A stretch of 64,000 bases of DNA from the NCBI GenBank assembly GCA_040285855.1, contig JAUFOQ010000016.1, positions 620,001 to 684,000 on the forward strand, in the 5' to 3' direction. The stretch is from Eukaryota sp. GEM-RC1. Lineage: Eukaryota. A program made the position numbers and the translations under genes. The notes beneath the pieces were generated by a model. That model made no database searches, had not been told where the DNA came from, and worked only from the letters and a program-made list of their open reading frames with translations. Of this stretch, positions 12,122-24,208 are shown piece after piece; position 1 is the first letter of the stretch; the number at the start of each line of letters is the position of its first letter.

Positions 12122-14974
12122 CTAATCAACTAAAACCCATTCGTCCGAGTGAACATCAGGTCTAGTGTACAAACCCGCAGCTTGATCTTCACTTTGATAG
12201 ACTAACGCAAAACCTCTTGGAATGGCTTCACTATCAACCTCCACCCCTGACCCAATTTTAATTGATACCACAGAAGTGTGAAGGAAAGATCTATAACCAA
12301 CTGACTCCAAGCTATCCGGAAACTCTACTGACTGCAAATTGAAGTTAGTACTAAAAGCAAAAGATCCAATATGTTGAACATGAGGTCCTAAGTTTATCGA
12401 GGTGAGGCTGTTCTCTGCGAATGCATAATCACCAATAACGGTGATATTCGGAGGAATTTGAACTTCTGTTAAGTCATTCCTTCTGAAGGCACTTGGTGGA
12501 ATCAACGTCAGAAGAGGAGGAATTTCTATAGATTCCAAATCATTATTGTGAAAAACAAAACTTCCAAGTGACGATACAGACGGTGGTATGGCAACAGTCG
12601 TCAGGTCATTGTGACTAAAGGCATGAGAACCAATACTTGTAAGGGTATCAGGAAGAGAAAGTGTCACCAGGTCGTTTCCAACGAAAGCCAAGTCGGGAAT
12701 TTCTGTAACACTAGCAGGAACAACTAGAGAGTTTATCTCGTTGTTGCGAAATGCTTCAGTACCGATGGTTGAAACTGAAGAACCTAGAGTCAGTGATGGG
12801 ATGTTATTGCGTGCGAATGCGTGTGCATGGATATGGACAACACTGTCAGGAATAACAAGATTGTTGGCAATTTGAAGTCTATCAAAAGCTCGTTCGCCAA
12901 TACTTGTTAGATTAGTTCCAAGAGAGAGATAAACCAATTCGGTATCAGCAAACGCTCTGTAATCAATTGCTCTAACAGAATTTGGAATAACAAGGTCTGT
13001 CAAGGAATTGAGCGAAAAGGCATTCCATCCGATACACTCTAAAGACTCACCTAAAGTAACTGTAAGTAACTGATTGTTGTGAAAAGCCATTCTCTCAATC
13101 AATTTCACAAAAGAAGGGATATGGAGACCAGTCAATTGATTTGACCGGAAAGCCTCTGAGCGAATAGCGGTTAGTGATTCCGAAAGTATCAAGAATGAAA
13201 GCTGGTTATTAATGAACGCACTATCACCAATCTCAGTGACAGAGTTGGGAACAACAACTGTTTCGATATGGTTATCTGCGAATGAAAACGGTTCAATGGC
13301 TTGGAGACGTAATCCAAGTGATAGAAACTTCAACTGATTATTTTCAAACGCAGAGCTACCAATATACGTAACTTCATCAGGAATTACCAATTCAATGATA
13401 TCGTTGTTCTTAAAAGCTTCCGCTGCTATACAACAAACGTCATCAGGAATTAGCAACTCGATGATATCATTGTTCTTAAAAGCTTGCGCTCCTATATAAG
13501 TTAACTTGGATCCAAGAGTAAGATTGACCAGGTTGTTCTCACCAAAAGCACCCTCCTCAATGACTTCCACCCAGTCTGGAACAATGAAAGATGATAACTT
13601 ATTGGACTGGAAAACATTTTTTTCCATTATTGTGACTGATTCTGGAATGTTTATAGAAACTATATCGTTCCCGATAAAAGCACGGGCACCAATACTAGAA
13701 ACAGTATTCGGAATATCAACAGAAACGATCATATTGTATCCAAATGCCATTGGACCGATAGTGGTAAGCGATGATCCATTAAACGAAAAAGATCGGAAAA
13801 TGTTGTTAGAAAAGGCTCCTTCACCAATAGTAGTAACATTGTCAGGAATGTCAACGTGATTGAGTCTATTGTTTGCGAATGCTCTTTCACTGATAGATGT
13901 TAGCCCATCACCGAAAGTGAGGAATCTGAGCTGATTGTACTGGAATGCAAATGGAGCCAAAGTGGAAACGGAATCTGGAATTACGAGTTCAAAGAGAACA
14001 TTGCGAAAGAAGGCGTGGTCACGTATCACGGTCAATGAACTGCCAAGAGTTACTCTCCATATTGTGTTCCAGCTGAAAGCATGAGATTCTATAGTGTGAA
14101 CACTATCTGCAATTACGAGTGAAGAAAGATCCTTCGAGCTGAAAGCGTATGGTCCGATTGAAGTGATGGCAATACCATTAACAAAGGGGGGAATAATCAC
14201 CGATCGACCAACGGGTGCGTGATAATTAGTAATTGTGTTATTGACGATGGTAAAACCATGGCGAGTCATTGAAAGTGATTCGTTCCTTGAACTCTGAGCA
14301 TCAAATGTTAGATTTCGATGGAAGTAATCATCATGAATGAGAGACAATTCATAAAGACCAGGAATAATATCTTGAAAAATCACCCGACCTTCATCATTCC
14401 CATCAACAATCAACTCTTGATTAATGATTGAAACTCGTGGATTTGGAACCGGTTCAAGGGTGTCTTCATCGTATATTGTCAGTTCCAGAGATACCACAGT
14501 GAGTACGAGAGAAACATTAAGAAACACGTCACTTTGATAGATTGTTAATGGAATCAATTTTAGATCATACCCCTCTAGTATGAACTCAAGACGATAGTGA
14601 CCATTCATGACAGGTTTAAGTTCAAAGAATCCATCATCATCAGAATATACATTGTCAAAATCAGGACCAAAATCACCAGTCACTAGGACGTTAGACAGAA
14701 CAGTTGATTCGGTTGTGACAATGCCCGATATGACAAAAGTCGGTGGTATAGAGGTAAGAAAGAGAAAGAGAAACAGTAAAGCAATGCTAACGAGTATAAC
14801 GCATCCTGCAATTGTTAACAATTTAACCATCGCCCACAGCTTTTTGGACGGAGAATGTTGGGCTTCAGGTTCAGGATGAAGAACAAACACAACATCTTCA
14901 GGTCCTTTAAACTGGGAAGAGTTTGGAGCAGTGACGTGATTCAATTCTTGTGAACAATGTTTGGTAGTCGCCAT
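12122..14974 (-). CDS. BspA-like (TpLRR/LRR_5) type II membrane surface protein with carboxypeptidase-regulatory-like domains
   Basis: One transmembrane helix near aa 50-75, two beta-sandwich modules (ISGIVT..., SDDDGFFEL), then more than 25 repeats of type LxxVxIPDSVTxIGxxAFxxN. Confidence 0.9.
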   Translation of the reverse strand: MATTKHCSQELNHVTAPNSSQFKGPEDVVFVLHPEPEAQHSPSKKLWAMVKLLTIAGCVILVSIALLFLFLFLTSIPPTFVISGIVTTESTVLSNVLVTGDFGPDFDNVYSDDDGFFELKPVMNGHYRLEFILEGYDLKLIPLTIYQSDVFLNVSLVLTVVSLELTIYDEDTLEPVPNPRVSIINQELIVDGNDEGRVIFQDIIPGLYELSLIHDDYFHRNLTFDAQSSRNESLSMTRHGFTIVNNTITNYHAPVGRSVIIPPFVNGIAITSIGPYAFSSKDLSSLVIADSVHTIESHAFSWNTIWRVTLGSSLTVIRDHAFFRNVLFELVIPDSVSTLAPFAFQYNQLRFLTFGDGLTSISERAFANNRLNHVDIPDNVTTIGEGAFSNNIFRSFSFNGSSLTTIGPMAFGYNMIVSVDIPNTVSSIGARAFIGNDIVSINIPESVTIMEKNVFQSNKLSSFIVPDWVEVIEEGAFGENNLVNLTLGSKLTYIGAQAFKNNDIIELLIPDDVCCIAAEAFKNNDIIELVIPDEVTYIGSSAFENNQLKFLSLGLRLQAIEPFSFADNHIETVVVPNSVTEIGDSAFINNQLSFLILSESLTAIRSEAFRSNQLTGLHIPSFVKLIERMAFHNNQLLTVTLGESLECIGWNAFSLNSLTDLVIPNSVRAIDYRAFADTELVYLSLGTNLTSIGERAFDRLQIANNLVIPDSVVHIHAHAFARNNIPSLTLGSSVSTIGTEAFRNNEINSLVVPASVTEIPDLAFVGNDLVTLSLPDTLTSIGSHAFSHNDLTTVAIPPSVSSLGSFVFHNNDLESIEIPPLLTLIPPSAFRRNDLTEVQIPPNITVIGDYAFAENSLTSINLGPHVQHIGSFAFSTNFNLQSVEFPDSLESVGYRSFLHTSVVSIKIGSGVEVDSEAIPRGFALVYQSEDQAAGLYTRPDVHSDEWVLVD

Positions 14975-15243
14975 TGAGATATGGAGTGAGTATTTTGTTG
15001 AGAAACGTCTGGGTCAAAGTCCAGTGAATTCAATAGACATCACGTCATGGCTCATTAGTTAAGCTCTATTACTGTCGTTGGTTATGTACATTTCCTGTTG
15101 TATAGCACTTGTTGATGACTGCGGGGCGGAACTATTCTGTAAAGATGGTGGAACGCAACATCCAAGAAATTCGTCCACGCTTTTCAGTCTTGACTTTATA
15201 GCATCATTTTCTGGAGAGATACAGTCATGTTGGAGAAATAGTA

Positions 15244-15309
15244 CACTGGATTGACTAATTGGTCTCACTGGAACTAATTATCTGGTGAGACTAATCAGAC
15301 AAACCAGTG
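15244..15309. mobile_element. 66-bp hairpin mini-MITE flanked by TA
   Basis: TA-CACTGGATTGACTAATTGGTCTCACTGGA ... TCTGGTGAGACTAATCAGACAAACCAGTG-TA, an imperfect inverted repeat of about 29 bp. Confidence 0.6.
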
Positions 15310-15427
15310 TAGTAAAATCTAGCAATATACTTAGTAGCTGAGCATCACCAGACAATACAAGATAAAGTCAAATTATGACTAATAATTGTCTAAAATAACA
15401 CCCCTGTCAACAATAGTTTTATTCGCA

Positions 15428-16667
15428 CTAATAATCATCACCACGTGTTAACACCTCCTTTCTATCAGCTCCAATATAAAGAGTGTGTTCAAACTGTGCA
15501 ACATAAGATCCAGTAACATCACTCAACGGTGGATACTCATTAACTAACCCCTTCTGAACCAACTGTCTCAACGCCAACAACCAACTCTTTCCATTCATAG
15601 GATCCAGCTGGTCAACCCACTTTCTAGACCAAGCTAATGTACCAAAGTTAGTCTTAATACAATTCAACAATGTTCTAGAATTCGGTGACAAATCTCTATA
15701 AGGAGCATCAGGAGAAAGCATGTAATGACTGCACTCACCATCTTCAACTACCCTCCCCCTTACCAGTAGAGGCGAAGGTTTCTAGGGCATAGAACTCACC
15801 CTCACGCATAGTAGTACCTTCAGAACACTTCACGATGGGGACGCTCTTGCCTCCATGAACTCTGTAATCATCGACAGAGTGACCGGAAAGATTTCTGATT
15901 GGAACGATTGGTCTGACAGTTCCATTGAGCTCTATTTCATAGCTTTCAATGGCTTCTTGGACAGCTGCTCCGATTTCAGAGAATCTAGCATCAACTCCAG
16001 CTGCTTTGACTGCTGCTTCAGTACCAGCTTTAGCAGCGTCTAACAGAGGGTCAAAACGACGATCAAAACAAATGGTGTGAGCAGAATCAATGACGTTTCC
16101 TTTTGAGTGAAGACCAAAATCAATCTTGATGACGTCACTATCCTTAATCACTCTGTTATCAGTTTTATTGGGAGTCCAATGAGCAGCACAGTTGTTAACA
16201 GAGACACCACAAGGGAAGGAAAGCCCAGCATCGAGACCAGAAGCTTCGATTAGACGCCGATTACACTGGTCAATCAGTTCCACTAGTTGAGAAAAGGGCA
16301 TCCCAGGACGAATTACCTGTTGAGCAAATCTACGGGTCTGACGATGGACTTCAGCGCCCTTACGGAAGTGTAGTAGTTTGTCCTCCGATGCAGGAGTAAG
16401 ACTAGGGACGGAAGAAGAGCTGGGCATGAATTGTCCGCATCGATAGGAGTTTGAGAATTGTTGAGGGACAGTTGTTGTAGGACCTAGTGGATGGGTAGAT
16501 ATATTGAATTCAGACTCGATTGGTGTTGTCCAATTTACTGGTTCAAGATGTGTGCTTGATCCAAGTGAGATAGGAAGATATTCAAGAGAAGTATATGTAT
16601 CAAGAGGTGGTAATGGTGCTACGGCTTTCGCCACAGACTTGGTAGCTTTTTTCGATCCTTTACCCAT
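15428..16667 (-). CDS. METAP2: Methionine aminopeptidase 2, one frameshift
   Basis: FPCGVSVNNCAAHWTPN, KIDFG, IDSAHT, NLSGH, ETFASTGKG, YVAQFEHT and terminal RGDDY. One extra G in the G5 run at 15755-15759. Likely start MGKGSKK at 16667. Confidence 0.95.
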
Positions 16668-16727
16668 TACTGAAGAAGAGAGGAGAGGATATATAAATAA
16701 GTTGGATTGCCAACTTGAAGAGTCATC

Positions 16728-17668
16728 ATGAAACTTCTCCTCGTTGGTCTTCCTCTCATAGTGGTACATCTTGCTTCAACTTATCTTTCATGGTTTTACA
16801 CCCGAACTCTTCTCCTTGGATATACTCACCCAGATTTAGTTGATCTTCTGTTAAATGTTTCAGGACTCATCCCTGCCCTAGTACTCCTCATATCTTCAAC
16901 TCACTTAGTTTCTTCGTTTAAACACCTTAAATCATCTATTTTCCATGTTTTTCTCTCCTCAATGTTTCACTCCTTTGCCTCCAAACTACTAACACTATCT
17001 CTATCCTTAGCCGCCCTTAGTTTTGTATCGTCAGTATCCACAGTGTCGTTCCTTGTAGTTCTTTCTCTGGGTTTTCTCTCTGAAGGACTACGATATGGAA
17101 ACAATGAAAGCTCTTTTTTCATGGTGTACGTTCTAGGCACGCTTCTGATTTCTTGGAATGATGTTTCTTTTCATATCCTGCGCTTCTTTGTACTCTGTCC
17201 TATGGCTTCTTTTTTGGTTGTCGGAATTACTATTCTTGGAGATGTAAGCCTCGTAATGGACGGCTTTCATCTACAATTGGGATACTTGCCTCTTTGGTTT
17301 TGATTCAGTCGTTGATTGCAATCATAACTGATGGGATGAGTGTGTATGGTTTTGTTTTACTCAACGGAGTTTCAAAACTATGGGCAATTCCAGTGAACAA
17401 ATTAATCATATATTTAATAGTTTCAACATCTCTATCTAATTTTTGTTATATTCTTTTATTGTCGCTGGCTAAGACACCGTTGATTTTTGAACTTTTACTT
17501 TTGTTTTCAAAAATTAATATTGTTCCATGGGGTTGTGTAAGGTTTGATCATGCTGTCAATCGATACACTGTTTTAGGCATGTCAATGACTGGTTTGTTAC
17601 CATTTTTGACCTTCAGATTGACTCCTGTGTCAGTTAGGGCTCATAAGGAGTTGGTGTTGGATGTTTAA
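16728..17668 (+). CDS. Multi-pass membrane protein, possibly a DMT/nucleotide-sugar transporter; one frameshift
   Basis: About 10 hydrophobic segments over two ORFs joined by a 1-nt shift near 17293. Family assignment is from size and topology only. Confidence 0.55.
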
Positions 17669-18085
17669 GGGTATTCAAAACATTAAGGAAATAATTGTTG
17701 ATTGCTCTTAGTATTTCCATCAGTATACAGTATTGTTTTGTTGGATCATTTGTTGATTAAATTGAAGATATCTTCTGATCATATCAATGGTATTTCTTGA
17801 ATAAAATAATAATAATATAAATACATTTTTATTAGACCAATCCGATTCGTTGAAAATATTCTTTCTTTCATCAACAACACAAAGAAAAACATTCTGCCAC
17901 GAAAGCAACATCACGTTACCAGAGAGAGTGGATTTAAATATTGTACCAATTCCTGAGGCTAACATCAACAAAAAGTTGAAAACAAATGTTACACTGCTTT
18001 GAAAGCGCTAAAGAATCTAATTTTGTTTGAACTTAATCACAAAATTAGGGCAGGAAACTCACAATCTGCGGTTTGTAATCAACCT

Positions 18086-18670
18086 CTATATAAATTCTGA
18101 AACCAGCGTTTTAAATTCATTCAAAACAGTTTGATTCTTATAATGGCTTTTAAGTTTTGTTGACAGCTTAGGAACTAGTATAGAAATTTCAAAAGCCATT
18201 GTAGCTACTGACTTAGTCAGCTCAGCCAAAACAACATCCTTATCATGACTTTCAGTAGTTAAATGAGTGTGAAGAGTTTGCAAAGACGCAAGTTTAGCTC
18301 TCAACTGCACCTCGTTGCCGTTCACTACTGATTGTTGAAGCTGAGCCAATTGAGCTTCCTTTTCTTTCCGTTTCTTGTCAGACTCTTGATACTGTTTCTT
18401 GTAGAACTCAAGACGTTCTTTAGCGTTTTCAGCTTTAGATTCTTCGGCATCAAGTTGAGACAATCGATGTTGTATCTTTTCAATTGAAGGAAGGAGAGCG
18501 GTTTCACGTTGGTCAAGTTTAGCGAGTTGGGTTGAGAAGTCGTGTTGTTGCTGAGTCAGGCGTTTGGCGAACTCATCGTCTATCTCCTTGAGACGACATT
18601 CTCGAACATGCGAAAACCATTTTTGGAGTTTTGGGAGTTCAGTTGTTTTGAACTCTTCGAAAGAAGACAT
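18086..18670 (-). CDS. Coiled-coil protein of unknown function
   Basis: Clean 194-aa ORF from ATG 18670 with heptad-rich E/K/Q composition. Confidence 0.7.
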   Translation of the reverse strand: MSSFEEFKTTELPKLQKWFSHVRECRLKEIDDEFAKRLTQQQHDFSTQLAKLDQRETALLPSIEKIQHRLSQLDAEESKAENAKERLEFYKKQYQESDKKRKEKEAQLAQLQQSVVNGNEVQLRAKLASLQTLHTHLTTESHDKDVVLAELTKSVATMAFEISILVPKLSTKLKSHYKNQTVLNEFKTLVSEFI

Positions 18671-18796
18671 CAGATAGTAACTAAAAAATGCCAAGTATTG
18701 GGGATGTAACAGTTGCTAATCACCTAGACTGGAGGTGGGAGAAAAAGTGAATTTTGATCTCATTTTGATCATGATTGTGTCTTTGTCGTTTTCAAT

Positions 18797-19098
18797 CATA
18801 GCTGTCCATGACACCAACTACCTCACTGCCATGACGTAATGGCGTCATTACATTCAATACATCATTACACCCATAATTGAAAAATAGATGTGGGCGAAAC
18901 AAAATACAGATACAACTTAATACAGTCTTATGCAAACTCAATTGCTATCTACTTCTCTGTATTGTTTAACATGTTTTACTATTGATTGTATAACAAAAAT
19001 GTCAAAAAGCTACACTGTGTAACGATTTAACGATGTTACGTTTGTCATAACATAAACTGTGAATTTGCCGTGACGTCATGAAGTAATGGACAGCTATG
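18797..19098. mobile_element. hAT-type MITE (302 bp)
   Basis: Perfect 13-bp TIR CATAGCTGTCCAT / ATGGACAGCTATG. Perfect 8-bp TSD TTTTCAAT. TGACGT subterminal motifs. Confidence 0.85.
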
Positions 19099-19172
19099 TT
19101 TTCAATGAATGATCTTAACTCAACACCCATGCCGTTGTTTTGAAACAGAAAAGTTTTTCTGTGATCTATTTA

Positions 19173-19726
19173 CACTTCAGGAAGCACTTAGTCTCACTGA
19201 GACTATTCTGTACTGAAGATTTTATTTAGTCATCCCAAAATTAGTCTCACCAAATCTCCGTGAGACTTATTTTGTACTGAAACTAATTTTGCACAATTGT
19301 TGAAGTGTTAAAAACCGACTTCACTACTCAGATTTGCTCACTAGCATACCAATGATCGTCATCATCTAGGCTCCAATCAATCAGTCACCCTCAACTTATG
19401 AAAGCACATTTATTTCTTGATGATTAACAGATGAAACAATTTTGTTTAAAAGATTCTCGAATTGTGTCGGAAGTCAATGTTACTGAAAACTTGTATTCCT
19501 GGCCACAAATAGAATAAAACGAGATCTAGATTCAGTTGTATACAGAAGTACTTCGTTTCAGCTGTTTATTGTTTGTACTGTATATCTATGGACTTTAAAC
19601 TACAGTTTAGTTGTTATTGAATTCTATTTTCCAAAAAAAAAGTTGTTGGATTTTGAAATTGTAGGACAAATCTGTCCAAATGGGTAAGACAAAATTAGTC
19701 TCTGAGTCTAAATGTTCCCTGAAGTG
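19173..19726. mobile_element. MITE with CACTTCAGG termini (Tc1/mariner- or CACTA-like)
   Basis: TIR CACTTCAGGAAGCACTTAG versus CTAAATGTTCCCTGAAGTG. Flanks are TA and TG. Internal TAGTCTCAC/GAGACT motifs. Confidence 0.65.
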
Positions 19727-19845
19727 TGGATGTACATCCTATGTACTTTCTTGTTATTTTACGTGTATAGCTTTTGTCCTTGAGATCTTGAACTTATAAA
19801 AACAATATTGAATTACGATTTACAAATAAATATCTGTAATACGGT

Positions 19846-21025
19846 CTATACCAACTGAACAATACTGGCAATACCTTCACCTCCTCCTTGACACAATGTA
19901 CACAAACCGGTTTTTCTTCTCACCATGCTTAAGAGCATGAATCAATGCGACAAGACGAACAGCTCCTGAGGCTCCTAGTGGATGACTAAGAGAAATTCCT
20001 CCACCAACAACATTCACCTTATCCATGGGAAGTTTCAACAACTCCACGTTAGCCAAGACAACAGCAGCAAAAGCCTCATTCACTTCCAAAAAGATCGATA
20101 TCGTCAACAGTCAAACCAGATCGCTTCAATACCTTCTCACAAGCGATAGCGGGAGCAATGGTGAATCTAAGAGGATCACGACCACTGTCAGCACAGCAAA
20201 CAACTTTAGCCAATGGGGTTAAACCATGCTTCTGGACATATTCAGCAGAAGCAAGAACAAAAGCGGCAGCTCCGTCTCCAATTGCGGAAGCATTAGCGGG
20301 AGTAATGGTTCCATCCTTTTGAAACAAGCCTTGAGAGTTCTCATCTTGGCAAAGTTTGCCTTCGTATATTGTTCATCAGTGTCTACAACGTTTGATTTAC
20401 CTCTGACAGTAATAGTAACGGGAACAATTTCTTCGTGGTTTCCATTGGTCCAGAATTCAGTGGCCATTTTGTAGGAACGTTCAGCGTAGTCATCTTGAGC
20501 TTCACGGGTGAGATTGAACTCCTCAGCAGTAGTTTCAGTGTTGAGACCCATGTGTTGGTTAGTGGAGGGATCAAAAAGACCATCGTTGATCATACAATCA
20601 AGGACTTCAGCGTTACCCATTCTCAAACCAGCCCTGACTTTGGGAAGGAGGTAGGGAGCATTTGACATGGACTCAGCACCACCTGCTAGAACGACTTCGC
20701 AGTCTCCACTAAGGATAGAAGCGGAGGCAAGGGAAACAGCCTTGAGACCAGAGGCGCAGACCTTGTTGATACTTGTGCAGGCAATGGAATCAGGGAGTTC
20801 TGCTTTCAAAACTGCTTGACGACAGGGATTTTGACCACCTCCCGCTTGAAGAACATTACCGAGAATAGCTTCAGTAATGTCTTGAGGGTTAACGGAAGAA
20901 CGCTTAACTGCTTCCTTGAAAGCGATAGCTGCAAGATCAGATGAAGACAATGAGGATAAGGCACCTTGGAAGCAACCAAGAGGAGTTCTAACAGCACTCA
21001 GAATGTAGACAGTTTGTTGAGTCAT
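19846..21025 (-). CDS. Acetyl-CoA C-acetyltransferase (thiolase), three frameshifts
   Basis: [49 protein letters not shown]. Shifts near 20317, 20086 and 19911. Reconstructed end ...IASIVQLV*. Confidence 0.93.
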
Positions 21026-21263
21026 ATAATATAGAGAGAGAAAAGTGGGTTTGACGATTCATGTCCTCATCTCAAAATGTTTGACACATCAGCTGACGTG
21101 ATTTACTTAAGCAACTGAAGAATTGGTTGAGTGTTTGACCAAACGATCATCAAACACACTTGAGCCTCTTTGTTAGAATTTTGTAACATTAATTGAATAG
21201 TCACAGGGAATAATAGGTTTTGGCAAATGTCTTCATCAAGTTTATCATTGCTTTGACAAAATT

Positions 21264-21799
21264 CTACACGTACATCGGCAAATCCAGAGAGTTCAAAATG
21301 GTTCTCGAATATTCTTCGATTTTTGTTGGGCAAGAACTCAACTGACATTCGACAAACTGCTTCAATTCAAAATTCGTCACGGATAATTGAAAGTTCAGTC
21401 TAAACAAAATTCACACTCCATCTGCTTCAGCAAGTCCTTTGAAAAGCCAATGGAGAGTTTTGTCCACTCAAGGTTACGGTACACAAAGTCTTCGTGAAAT
21501 TTGTGGCTGACCAAGCAGGACACCAAAAACAATCTTCTTACATTCACATCAGAAAAATGAAGTTGTGGATGAGCGGTTGTAAGACGTGAAAGATACAGAG
21601 AAGCCACAACAATGACACAACAGGGAATTTCCAAAGATTCTGTTATGTGAGTAACAAACTTCATTACGTCCATATGCCGGGGTTCTGTCTGAAACATCGG
21701 TCCCGTTGGTTTTGAAGGATCCGCATTGGACATTCCCTTCAACGTCAGGGTGATGTTCTTGTACAGTTGAGTTCGGCACTTGGCAGATAGAATGTCCAT
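21264..21799 (-). CDS. PHO80/cyclin-U-like cyclin, one frameshift
   Basis: VVASLYLSRL, NVRRLFLVSCLVSHKFHEDFVYRN, ME.EFL. Adding one T near 21406 gives ...FLFRLNFQLSVT...MYV*. Confidence 0.8.
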
Positions 21800-22199
21800 A
21801 ATCCTAGAGTCAAGCTTTTGCTAGCAAATGAAAAGGTCGGTCTTTAACAGTAAACTTGTCCGACAGGAGACAAGTGTCAAAAAATTTGATACAACAAAAT
21901 ATTTGAACACTTCCCAGAAGTCTTCAATCTATCAAAATTAAAATTCATGGTCTTTCTGGCTACTGTATTATGATTTGTAGACTACATATCATAAGCATAA
22001 GCCACGAGGTACACTAAGAAACAAAACGATTCAAACAGATTTATACAACAACTTTAAGAAAGAGTGGTATTTTAATAGACCATTTATTACAACACTTCTT
22101 TGGTCAGTGTGGCTATTAGCACAATCATGACTCTAGCTGAACTTTCACTTTCTAGAGAGATCACTATATATATGTAGTTGTAGGATAATGGAATAATTG

Positions 22200-22730
22200 T
22201 TATAAGAGTAATGGTTGTCAGAGGAAAATTGAACCAGTTTTAAATACTTTGTCTGACTCCAATTATGAGAGATAAGAGCAGAGGTGATTGGATAAGTTCT
22301 TGTTTGTCCTTTCAGGAAATAATTATGGACTTTACTGTTAACAAAATTTTAGACGAATACTATTAAACTTCCGAAGGAAAACATCAGATCGTTAAGGTGA
22401 ATTAATTTCCAAGATGAATTCTCGCCGACACAATCCGTTTGTTTTCGATCATTTTGCCATTTGTTTTACGGAACATTTGGCGACTTCGGTCAAAAATTTC
22501 TCACTGATTTTGGCAAATTGCGTAAGTAGTATGGAAAGAATTTTAATGAAAGTTATTGGAGAGGAAGGTTATCATTGTCCCTTTTCAAAGTATTGTTTAG
22601 GTACATGTAGTTTGATTCGATTTTGAACCGTCTCTTTGCACTGAGACATGAATTTAATTTGAGATGATGTAGAGGTATTGGTATCTGGTTTGCTAATATT
22701 GATGATAGTCTTTACATATTTGTATGAGTA
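22200..22730 (+). mobile_element. Degenerate RLE-type non-LTR retrotransposon 3' part
   Basis: KIEPVL, RGDWISSCLSFQEIIMDFTV and NSRRHNPFVFDHFA match the copies at 35.3-36 kb and 47.1-47.4 kb. Confidence 0.65.
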
Positions 22731-22812
22731 AAAGGAGTTAACATAAAGCGCATCTAGATGTAGGTTTTTTTTGGAATACCAAAAATCTTCCTTCTTGGTC
22801 ATTTGGAACAAG

Positions 22813-23862
22813 ATGTCCACTTTTGATGACGATTTGGCCAAGATGGCCTTCACATCTTCTCCTGTATTTGGCCATGTATCTTCCCGTCATCAACCTTCCT
22901 CAACCACTTCCACCTCCAACGCTGTTCTTAACGCCCTACAAACCCTGCAAGATCGGATCAACCAGCTTCAATCTGAACGTAATGAATATGAGGGTGAAAT
23001 AAGCCAACTTAAGAGTAAATTGGACGAAAGCCGCACTGTTGATTCATCATCATCACCCTCTAGAATAGCGAGTGAAAACTCTCAACTTAAGCAACAAGTT
23101 TCTGAACTCCGATCTAAGCTTTATGATCTTGAATCTAAACTCTCTCTTTCTTATTGTTCTTCTAGTCATACTGCTGATGATTCTTCCGATCTAGCTATGC
23201 TTCAACGTAAACTACAAGAAGAGCGGCAATACTCCCGCTCTAAACTGGCTGAGTTCGAATCAGCCGTCACGTCATTGAAGAAGAAGGCACTTCAAATGGA
23301 AGAAGCTAAAAGTAGAGCTGTTAGAGAAAAAGAACTTGCTGAGTCTCATGCTGAGCAACTACAGCAAAGTTTAGAAAGTCTGCTCTTAGTCAATCAGACT
23401 CTTGTTGACCGTCTCAAAAAGTCAAAATCAAAGCCGTCCCGTGATAAGACACCTCTAAAAAGACCAAAATCTCGTCCTAGAAGTGCTACTCCTAAAAAGA
23501 CCCCCACCAGAGCTCCGTCACGGAAGCGTTCACTGTCGATCTCACTACCATATGTTCCCGCTGTTTCTACATCAAAGTCACACTCCCTCAATGTCAATCT
23601 TCAACAATCAATGGCCACTAGGCGACATAAACCGAGTGGATCATCACATGTTGAACTCGCTGTTCTGCAGGATAAGTTGGTGAAACTCTCTAATGAAATG
23701 GAAAAGAGAATTCAGTGTGATTGTTCTGTGGATGATCTGGGAAGAGAAATCCAAGATGTAGTTGGGGAGATCAAGGCTAAGCAGAGGGCACTGAAGAAAG
23801 GTAGAAAGAGCAGTAAGAAGTTAAAGAGTTTGCTGCAGGACTTTCAGAATTTTGTACAGTAG
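22813..23862 (+). CDS. CEP57: CEP57 (translokin)-like centrosomal coiled-coil protein
   Basis: AVLNALQTLQDRINQLQSER and LPYVPAVSTSKSHSLNVNLQ resemble the CEP57 N-terminal coiled coil and central motif. C-terminal coiled coil present. First ATG at 22813. Confidence 0.65.
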   Translation: MSTFDDDLAKMAFTSSPVFGHVSSRHQPSSTTSTSNAVLNALQTLQDRINQLQSERNEYEGEISQLKSKLDESRTVDSSSSPSRIASENSQLKQQVSELRSKLYDLESKLSLSYCSSSHTADDSSDLAMLQRKLQEERQYSRSKLAEFESAVTSLKKKALQMEEAKSRAVREKELAESHAEQLQQSLESLLLVNQTLVDRLKKSKSKPSRDKTPLKRPKSRPRSATPKKTPTRAPSRKRSLSISLPYVPAVSTSKSHSLNVNLQQSMATRRHKPSGSSHVELAVLQDKLVKLSNEMEKRIQCDCSVDDLGREIQDVVGEIKAKQRALKKGRKSSKKLKSLLQDFQNFVQ

Positions 23863-24208
23863 GAGTGTTTTTTTGGCGGGTTTTTGTACTATATCTGTTT
23901 TAAATATCGCTAAATTATTAAATTTATTTAACTGCTCTGATCATTTTTGTTTAAACTTTTTCTTTGGAGTAATCAATTATGAAGTTGAAACTTTAACCGT
24001 TATGTTTAACGGATTTAAGAGTTGTTTATGACGATCCTTGAACTGTACCTAGACTACGTTTCTCTTAACAAAACGTTATTCAAACTGCTGGTGTTCTTGT
24101 GTGGAGTTCCACCTCAGGACAGTGACTGTCAAAAATCCCTTGCAGCATCTTACAACCAATTTCCAAATTGCTGAGTTGATTCTTTAAAGTATAGATTTGG
24201 TTGATAAC

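Noticed and set aside
13330..13500. Direct repeat of about 66 bp
   Set aside because: It is a coding LRR duplication inside the BspA gene, not a CRISPR array or separate element.
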